NCBI GenBank assembly: GCA_016839785.1
Contig: JAEOTQ010000223.1
Span: forward strand, 1 to 33,860
Reading direction: 5' to 3'
DNA: 33,860 nucleotides
Source: Candidatus Hodarchaeota archaeon
Lineage (GTDB): Archaea; Asgardarchaeota; Heimdallarchaeia; Hodarchaeales; Hodarchaeaceae
In this document: positions 26,876-33,860 of the stretch, piece after piece
Numbering within the stretch: position 1 is the stretch's first letter
Layout: each line of letters begins with the position of its first letter
Translations under genes and position numbers: made by a program
Notes under the pieces: generated by a model
Database searches by the model: none
What the model was told of the DNA's origin: nothing
What the model saw: only the letters and a program-made list of their open reading frames with translations

Positions 26876-28573
26876 ATGGAGGTGAATATACAAATGAACA
26901 AAAAAATGATATTCTATTTAACTGCACTCTTTACTTTTTTATTGCTCACAATTCAAATTACTCCAATTTCAAGTTCAACTAGTCGAATCTTAGCGGCTGA
27001 TTGGGATCCTATCACTCCTGATATAGGTGATACGGTAACTATCACCTACGATCCTGCGGTTGGAACTTTACCAGAAGCTGCGGCATCAATTTCTCTCCTT
27101 TGGGGAATGTTTGTCGAACATAGTAATGATATCGTCATTCCCAGCCCTGAAATGTGGCCTGCAGGAACTACCCAACCTACCATAACAGGTTTACCCATGG
27201 GGAGGTTCATTGAGTCTCCAATGACCGAAGTTGGTGATGTTTGGGAAGTATCATTTACTGTCAATGAAATGGCTGAATATTTCAAAATTCAATTTACAGA
27301 TGGATCAGATCGAGATAATAATGGTGGAAGTTACTGGATCATTAATACACAGATGAAGACAGATAGATTGCAAGTACTTTCTCCCACTTTTGGCACTCCT
27401 GCATTTTTAGAACAAGGTACTTCACTTCCATTACTTATTAAAGCGCCTGACACTGCTACAAGTTGGCAGGTCACTTTAACTCGTGATTTAACAACTGTTG
27501 ATTTGACGGTTAGTGGGGAGACATTTAGTGATGGAAAATGGTCAATGAACGCTGGTAATGATACTAATTTAGCAGCTGGATTATATGACTTGACAGTAAG
27601 TGCGACAATCTCCGCCAAAACGCGTACTAATATTCAAGACCATGCGGTAAGTGTAATCCCCAAATTTAAGGAAAATTTCACTTTTATTCAAATTTCCGAT
27701 CCTCAAATCTTTCCCGATGGATCAGGGGCACAATCTGGACTAGGAAATGTCAATGATACATTTGATCTCCTTGATGCTAGTAATGCTGAATACATCGTAT
27801 GTACAGGTGATATAACCGAATGGACTGATGATGTATCTCACAGAAACTTCAAGAATTGGGCGATCGACCGTGTTGACAAACCAATGTTCCTTCTCCCTGG
27901 GAATCATGATGAATTTGAAGGCACAGGCGATACCAGCATTGATACATTGTTTGGTGGAGGCCAAGGTACATTCGAAAAGATAATTGGTCCAGTGAATCAC
28001 GCGTGGAGTTATGGCAATGTAAGCCATGTGTACATCTTTTCTGACGATCGAAATGTCGATCCTTCCATTTTATCCTGGGCTGAGGCTGAAATGGCTAAGG
28101 ATTATTTCCAAAATAGTGTAACACGGATATTGATGGCTCATCATCCGTTAGATGCTTCATACGCATCAGAAACAGTTGTCGGTTCGGAGCTGCCACGAAT
28201 TTTAAACGATCTACAGACATATAACGTTACACATTATCTTCATGGACATCTTCATGGACACCCCGAGTTGTATAGTGGATATTATCATCTACTAGACGGT
28301 GTACATCATATCTGTGCTCCTCAAACTTATCCATTTACTGATAGTATGAGCGTTGGAGGACATATTGAGTTTACAGTCACACAAGGAAATATTACGGCTT
28401 GGACACAGTATATCGATGGCACAGTCGTAAAATTAGTTGAACCAGTAGAAGCAACAACACCCGAAGAAACAACAACTACAACCGAAGAAGGTGGAGCCCC
28501 AGGATTTTCGTTGTTTGTCACACTTATGGGAATTCCCGTGATTGTGTTGTTAAAACAAAGGAAAAGAAAATAA
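26876..28573 (+). CDS. Surface-anchored calcineurin-like metallophosphoesterase with N-terminal CBM25/53-like and Ig-like domains
   Basis: Motifs ISDPQ, CTGD, PGNHD, AHHP and HGHLH. N-terminal W.P..P..GDTVTITY...LLWG...W.VSFTV...F.DG..DNNGG.YW domain. APGF, TM helix and RKRK. Start may be the second Met (26894). Confidence 0.88.
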   Translation: MEVNIQMNKKMIFYLTALFTFLLLTIQITPISSSTSRILAADWDPITPDIGDTVTITYDPAVGTLPEAAASISLLWGMFVEHSNDIVIPSPEMWPAGTTQPTITGLPMGRFIESPMTEVGDVWEVSFTVNEMAEYFKIQFTDGSDRDNNGGSYWIINTQMKTDRLQVLSPTFGTPAFLEQGTSLPLLIKAPDTATSWQVTLTRDLTTVDLTVSGETFSDGKWSMNAGNDTNLAAGLYDLTVSATISAKTRTNIQDHAVSVIPKFKENFTFIQISDPQIFPDGSGAQSGLGNVNDTFDLLDASNAEYIVCTGDITEWTDDVSHRNFKNWAIDRVDKPMFLLPGNHDEFEGTGDTSIDTLFGGGQGTFEKIIGPVNHAWSYGNVSHVYIFSDDRNVDPSILSWAEAEMAKDYFQNSVTRILMAHHPLDASYASETVVGSELPRILNDLQTYNVTHYLHGHLHGHPELYSGYYHLLDGVHHICAPQTYPFTDSMSVGGHIEFTVTQGNITAWTQYIDGTVVKLVEPVEATTPEETTTTTEEGGAPGFSLFVTLMGIPVIVLLKQRKRK

Positions 28574-28583
28574 CTCCAAAAAA

Positions 28584-28620
28584 GGGTTGCTGATTTCTCA
28601 ACCCCCATTTTCTCATTTTT
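28584..28620 (+). terminator. Hairpin plus U-rich terminator-like element
   Basis: GGGTTG-N9-CAACCC followed by T-rich sequence, just after the stop at 28573. Confidence 0.35.
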
Positions 28621-28644
28621 CTAAATTTATCGTCGGGATTAGAA

Positions 28645-30198
28645 ATGTTGAAAGCTTACTACATCATTCTTAGTTTATTATTTGTTCCCACAATTATCGT
28701 TTTACAACCGAAATCAATATTTCTGCATCAGAATATTGAGATACTTCCAGTATTAACATGTTCGGATGTTAATCAAGTGACGTGGCCCTCTATGGCAATT
28801 CCTACAACAATTACTAATGGTAGTACGTTAGATATTCGCTTTCGAAGCAACAATACCATGGAACCTACGGAAGTCAGAATTTTCAATTACTTCATAAATT
28901 ACACTATACCAATCTTGTATACTAAGAACACGGGAAATTCAAATGAAAAAATTTCAACTATTAACCTCCCAGTAGATATTGAGCCATTTCTTTATAGTTT
29001 TGAACTGATCTATTCTAACGGGGATAAACTTGAATCTCTGAACTCTTTACTTGTCCGAAGAAGTGATTACTTTGAACAGGATCAATCCTATTCATTTATT
29101 CAAATTACGGATATCCATATTGATGGATCTGAAGAGAGATACCAACAGGTAGTCCAGCTGTTTACAGAAATAAATTTGATTAAACCAGATTTTCTGATTT
29201 TTACGGGAGATCTCGTAGATGGTCTAGCCACTGATAAAAATGGTGATATGGTGACTGCAGCTATACAGTACCCTCAAGGAATTGAACTATTAAAATTACT
29301 CAATATTCCAGTTTTGGTTGTTAATGGAAATCACGATTTTCAAACGAATCAATGGCAGGATGGGAATCTTCTATGGGAAGAATATTTAGGCCCCCTAGAA
29401 AACCTCGTTGTGTTTTCTTTCAACAATGATACATTCGTTGGGACCAATCTATTTGGTGAGAATGGACTTTCAGTCGATCAATTGACTAAGATTGATGAGG
29501 CATTTGAAAATTCGTCCGATCTTAGAATATTTTTTGCCCATACCGACTATAAGAATCAATTTCCAGCTTTATACACAAGAAATTCTGTAGATCTCTCACT
29601 TCTTGGTCATACTCATAGTAGTTCTGAAAATACGATTTTTAATACAACAGAAATCATCACGGATAATAGTATCACTCTTATTGATACAGAACCCGGCCAC
29701 TACAAACTTTTCAGTATTTCTGAGTCGAAAAAAATCACCATCCAAGAAATAGAGGTCAATAAATTATATTCGAATGTTGTATGGGAAAGTGAAAACGATA
29801 CTAGTCTGACAATCAATATTTCATTAAAGAATTATCATGATTTCCCCTTTGAGACAGTAACTGAAACAGTGGTTATCCCTAGTGATTGGAGTGAAAATTT
29901 AATTACTGGTGCGGTCGATAACTGCCTGTATTTCAATGGAAGTCATACGATATTGATTACTCAATTCAATATAGAAGGGGTTACTGAATCCAATTGCACA
30001 TTGAACCTGGCATCCCCCCCATCTGCATGCGAGTGGATTTTTTCATCTACACCTATAGATATAATAGATAATCCAACTGGGCCTAGTGATTCTATTAATT
30101 CAACCACTACTAAAGCTAAAGCTGGCATATCATTGTTGGATATGATTTATCTTGTTTTTTCGACTTTTATTTTAATTAAGATTTATAAAAGTAAATAA
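28645..30198 (+). CDS. Surface-anchored calcineurin-like metallophosphoesterase
   Basis: Complete motifs ITDIH, FTGD, NGNHD, FAH and LGHTH. Signal peptide, Ig-like N- and C-terminal domains, S/T linker, TM helix and basic tail. Confidence 0.88.
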   Translation: MLKAYYIILSLLFVPTIIVLQPKSIFLHQNIEILPVLTCSDVNQVTWPSMAIPTTITNGSTLDIRFRSNNTMEPTEVRIFNYFINYTIPILYTKNTGNSNEKISTINLPVDIEPFLYSFELIYSNGDKLESLNSLLVRRSDYFEQDQSYSFIQITDIHIDGSEERYQQVVQLFTEINLIKPDFLIFTGDLVDGLATDKNGDMVTAAIQYPQGIELLKLLNIPVLVVNGNHDFQTNQWQDGNLLWEEYLGPLENLVVFSFNNDTFVGTNLFGENGLSVDQLTKIDEAFENSSDLRIFFAHTDYKNQFPALYTRNSVDLSLLGHTHSSSENTIFNTTEIITDNSITLIDTEPGHYKLFSISESKKITIQEIEVNKLYSNVVWESENDTSLTINISLKNYHDFPFETVTETVVIPSDWSENLITGAVDNCLYFNGSHTILITQFNIEGVTESNCTLNLASPPSACEWIFSSTPIDIIDNPTGPSDSINSTTTKAKAGISLLDMIYLVFSTFILIKIYKSK

Positions 30199-30221
30199 GA
30201 AGAGATAGCCAGTCTTAAATT

Positions 30222-30285
30222 TGATCCTAATCCCAGGATCAGAACCGAAAGATAAGGTAGAATGATGGTTTGATTTTGCCATCAT
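30222..30285. terminator. Two hairpins between convergent genes
   Basis: TGATCCT-N6-AGGATCA (30222-30241) and ATGATGG-N10-CCATCAT (30262-30285). Confidence 0.35.
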
Positions 30286-30295
30286 CAATTTTCGA

Positions 30296-32029
30296 TTATT
30301 TCTTCTTTGCACCTATAACTAGAGCACCGATGACTAATACACCTAAAAATCCTGGAGCTTGGCCAGTTGTTGTTGTTGTCGTAGAATCACTAGGTGGTTT
30401 GGGATAAGATATCGTAGGTACCGTTGGCATTTTATATGGGAATCTACCAGTTTCATTTAATCGTTTAATTACCTCGTTGACAAGTACCATATCACCCATG
30501 TATAAATCATCTTTTGGGATATAGACAACAATACGTCGATTGAAAAATGCATCGGTCCACCAACCAGGATCATCACTGATGTCATCAGAAAATACATAAT
30601 TAAAAGTTGAGGATAAACCAAAAGTAGTGGTAATTTCTGGAGTTTTCGCATCACATCCACCATAGAAGGGGAATTTTATGGCTAGATTTCCCCCTCCTTG
30701 AATAAATCCTTCATCTGCAATTTCAAAACCATCGAATGGATATTCTCTTAGATCCCAAATTCGTGGATAGTCGGTATAGATATACCAAGGAGGATGTGCT
30801 AATACGATTGGACTTCCTTGATCATGAAATTGCTGGATCCTTGTGTATGGATCAGGAGAAGGATCAATGGTTGATGTTAATCCCCAACCAGTGGTATGCC
30901 ATTGAGTTTTTGTTGCCTCTTCCCCGTCAATTACATGAATAGGGATGGAGTTGTATTCAAAAAATTCCCGTAGAATCGGGCCACCCGCAATGGTATTGTA
31001 ATCGGTTACTACCACGAATTCATAACCCATGGCAAGAGCGGAATTAGCAAAATCCGAATAATAAGTTGGTGTTCTACTCTCTAATGTATGTACATGGGCA
31101 AGTCCAGTGTACATAATAAGATTTTCTAAATAAGTTTGATTGATTGGATTATTGAAACCCGTATCAACTTTTATCGGAGTTATTTGCCCTACTAGTTTTT
31201 CTGGACGGTACGATAACCAGTTAAAAATATTATAGATATACTGATAATGATGAGTATGATTATTCCAGTTTGAATCAAAATTAGCAGTTGCAGAAATAAA
31301 TTCAAGAAGGGGGTCTGTTGATCCGAGAAAAACTGCTCTATTCGTTGAGTCATTCCAAACCAAAGAATTCGCATACCCATTTTTATTTGTACTAATTGCT
31401 TGAGTGGGGGTACTTAGTCCAGCAGAAATTTGCGCTCCGCGTTGATATAACTGATTTAATTTGTAAGTCAGTGGATGAGTAGGAAGAGATGAATCTAATC
31501 CTATAGCAGCATCTGCCTGAGACAAACTGTTGTTGAAATTGATGTCCAGATTCATTTCGCTTAAAATTCTATTAAGCTCAGTATTACTCAACCCCTTCTC
31601 CCCAAATGGCAATGATCCCACAAATAATATACTCCCTCCATTCTCCCAGTACTTCTTAACTGCTTGAATTTCAGAAGCGGAATAAGGAATATTGGAATCA
31701 GGGTGTGTTATGACTAAAACATTAACATCAGCTAAAACTGAATCATTAATTGTTTACCACAATAAAGTTGTCACATTAAATTCCTGAGTTCCTTCTAAAA
31801 ATCCTCCCATTGGCGAGGTTTTTGCTGGGATATATACTTCATTTCCATGCGATACATCAACCAATATTTGGCTAGGTGTAAATGCCATCGTTTTAAACCC
31901 AGTTTCAATGTTGTGATCATTTTCTTGTTGATCAACAAGCACACCTTTGGAATTTTCAATTGAACTCCAAGACATTAATAGAATAAGCACGAAATTTAAG
32001 ATTAGAGCCATTTTTACATTTTTTTTCAT
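30296..32029 (-). pseudogene. GIFT/DUF4350-like + PHP-domain surface protein interrupted by a single in-frame TAA
   Basis: Track ORFs 31754-32029 and 30296-31621 are in the same frame. Reading through TAA at 31754-31756 gives TTLLW*TINDSVLADVNVLVITHPDSNIPYSASEIQAVKKYWENGGSILFVG, a 577-codon protein. It has a signal peptide, ILVDVSHG, PHP motifs (HVHT, VTDYN, GEE, LAHP, GFEI, GGCDAK), APGF, TM helix and KKK. Could be a sequencing error. Confidence 0.75.
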
Positions 32030-32310
32030 CTTTATTCCTTCTACACCAAGAAAAACTCTGAATCATTTATCAGTTAACCTTAGAATATAATTTTTCCGTT
32101 TATGTTTAGAATTTATTATGGGAATTTCTTTTCTTTATTAGCAGATAAATGTCGATATATTCTAACAGCGTTGTCATCAGTTTTAGAGAGATAAAAATAG
32201 TAAATTGGGTAATTTAATTCCTTAACGAATAATTATGGAGCTTTTGATACACTGATCCATCGATTTCCAAGGGTATTAAAAAATAAAAGATAAAAAAGGA
32301 CTCAAGATAA

Positions 32311-33860
32311 TCAGGATTCCCCTTTTCTCCTCAGTCCAAATAATGCGATGAGAGATGCTAGGGAAATTATGGCAAAGCTATTAAATGATAAACCATTTTT
32401 TGAAGTGGAAACAGATGTAGCAGTGTTATAACTGGATGTCGAAAAAGCACTAGCTCGAATGGATTTATTACTCATCCCTAATTCATTTATTGCTGTTATA
32501 AAATAGCTCATATTCTTATCAGGTGATATATTGGTATCTATGAAGCTGGTACTCTGCGGGGGAGCTATAAATGCTTTAGTTCCTGTGGGATAAATATGTA
32601 TCAATTCGTATCCTGATAAAGGAAAGAGATAAGCACGATATAAGCGGTATCCAATTAGCTCTAAGCCTCCATTTTCTGGTATAGTCCAATGTAGAGTTAT
32701 ATTATCAATCCCACCAACTGCAGTTAGTACTGGAGGGTCAGGAATTGTACATATTCCATAGGTTGAATTAATAATCAATAAATTTGATCTTAATCCCTCA
32801 TTACTACTATTATCTGTTGCTGAGACATTATAACGATAAAAAATATTTGGGATAATCGTTGTATCACGATAAGAATTACTTGTTGTCTGATTTATTTCGA
32901 GATTATTACGATAAATTGTGTAGTAAGAAAAATCTTGTTCTGTTGTTAGATTCCAAGTGAAATCAATGGTAGTTTCATTAATGAATTTCCCGTTAAGATT
33001 AGTAACTTTACTGGGAGGCCGAAGATCTGCAATCTCAGGTTCCATATTAAAAAATGCATTTACTGGATAATGATCTGATCCAATCTTGCCAGATTTCGTA
33101 CTAGCTACAGTTGAATTGATAAGTTTATCAAAAAAGTAATCATTTGCAAAAATATAATCAATCCGACTTTGATATTGCCAATCTTCGTACGTGTAACCTT
33201 TATCAGACGGGTTTAGCTCGCGAAATACATCTACCCAAGTATGGATCGTCGAAGCCTGTGGATTTGAGGAATCTAAGAGCATGGAGATTGGCCCATCACC
33301 TAAATTTGGTTCACTTCCTGCTAGATCTCCAGTATCAAAAGGTGAATACGAATTGAAATCTCCTCCGTATATGATAGGAACCGACCCTAAGCTATCAAAA
33401 TAATTAATGATTCCTTCCTGTTCATCCCTTCTTAACTTGCCTTCATTTGCTTTGGGTTCTATGTACCCTCGAACATCACCACAACATTTTAAGTGGATTC
33501 CGCCAACATGGACATTTACACCGGCTATATCAATGACCACATCAAGAAAGTGATAATACGGTAAATATTCACTCCCATCATCCAATGTTAATGTGCGTTT
33601 TTCTATTGTGTCAACTATAGGAAAACGACTGATAACTGCCTGTCCCTCACTCGCTCTTTCTTGACCATGCAATGTGTATCCAATATAAGGTTCTTCGTCG
33701 CTAAAATGACTATTTAAATCACTAATGGCTTCATTTAACATTTTATCATTATCTCTGCCCCATAGGCCTGTTTCAACAGCAATAATTAAATCAGCATTCT
33801 CCTCTTTTGCTACCTGTAACCATCGACCGTCAGGACCACTATCTTGGACATTATAAACCA
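32311..33860 (-). CDS. Surface-anchored endonuclease/exonuclease/phosphatase (EEP) family protein with two fibronectin type III domains; 5' end outside the window
   Basis: Frame is open to the right edge (VYNVQD...ADLIIAVE), beyond the track start at 33741. EEP motifs ISRFPI, IHL, GDFN, RIDYIF and SDHYPV. Two FN3 repeats, S/T linker, TM helix and RRK. Confidence 0.9.
   Translation of the reverse strand, partial: VYNVQDSGPDGRWLQVAKEENADLIIAVETGLWGRDNDKMLNEAISDLNSHFSDEEPYIGYTLHGQERASEGQAVISRFPIVDTIEKRTLTLDDGSEYLPYYHFLDVVIDIAGVNVHVGGIHLKCCGDVRGYIEPKANEGKLRRDEQEGIINYFDSLGSVPIIYGGDFNSYSPFDTGDLAGSEPNLGDGPISMLLDSSNPQASTIHTWVDVFRELNPSDKGYTYEDWQYQSRIDYIFANDYFFDKLINSTVASTKSGKIGSDHYPVNAFFNMEPEIADLRPPSKVTNLNGKFINETTIDFTWNLTTEQDFSYYTIYRNNLEINQTTSNSYRDTTIIPNIFYRYNVSATDNSSNEGLRSNLLIINSTYGICTIPDPPVLTAVGGIDNITLHWTIPENGGLELIGYRLYRAYLFPLSGYELIHIYPTGTKAFIAPPQSTSFIDTNISPDKNMSYFITAINELGMSNKSIRASAFSTSSYNTATSVSTSKNGLSFNSFAIISLASLIALFGLRRKGES

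Noticed and set aside
31754-31756. Stop-codon reassignment or programmed read-through
   Set aside because: TAA terminates many genes in the window and this is the only internal stop seen.
13232-33356. Remaining short ORFs of 60-132 aa overlapping the large genes, including 25135-25329
   Set aside because: Antisense or alternate-frame overlaps with no motif support. 25135-25329 covers a probable promoter region and looks non-coding.
1-33860. Mobile element, provirus, CRISPR array or defence island
   Set aside because: No integrase, transposase, capsid, terminal repeats or repeat-spacer pattern. The nucleases have secretion or anchor signals, which argues for nutrition over intracellular defence.

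Overview
AT-rich, gene-dense archaeal DNA. RadA, PolD DP2, class III signal peptides and PGF-CTERM-like anchors place it in Archaea; the overall style suggests an Asgard/Heimdallarchaeia-type genome, but that is inference. There are three blocks. (1) 1-8866 (-): a type IV pilus-like locus with five pilin-like genes, a PilB/FlaI-family ATPase, two TadC/PilC platform proteins and a coiled-coil protein. It runs straight into a strongly divergent PolD large-subunit (DP2) homolog that the ORF track missed and the window edge truncates. (2) 9305-12933: radA (divergent from the pilus locus), a tRNA-binding OB-fold protein, a HAD phosphatase and a P-loop kinase/nucleoside-deoxyribosyltransferase-fold fusion. 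(3) 12987-33860: about 21 kb encoding ten C-terminally anchored surface proteins plus the permease and ATPase of an AfuABC/FbpABC-type ABC importer. The anchored proteins are two S1/P1-PLC zinc hydrolases, three calcineurin-like metallophosphoesterases (one apparently catalytically dead), a PHP protein interrupted by one in-frame TAA, an EEP-FN3 protein, an NHL propeller, a GIFT/DUF4350-like protein and the ABC binding protein. I read block 3 as a candidate cell-surface nucleic-acid/organophosphate scavenging system. Also notable: one protein carries a CBM-like domain whose first strand segment sits at the opposite end of the chain. I saw no rRNA, tRNA, CRISPR array or mobile element. All family calls come from motif recognition by eye; no searches were run.
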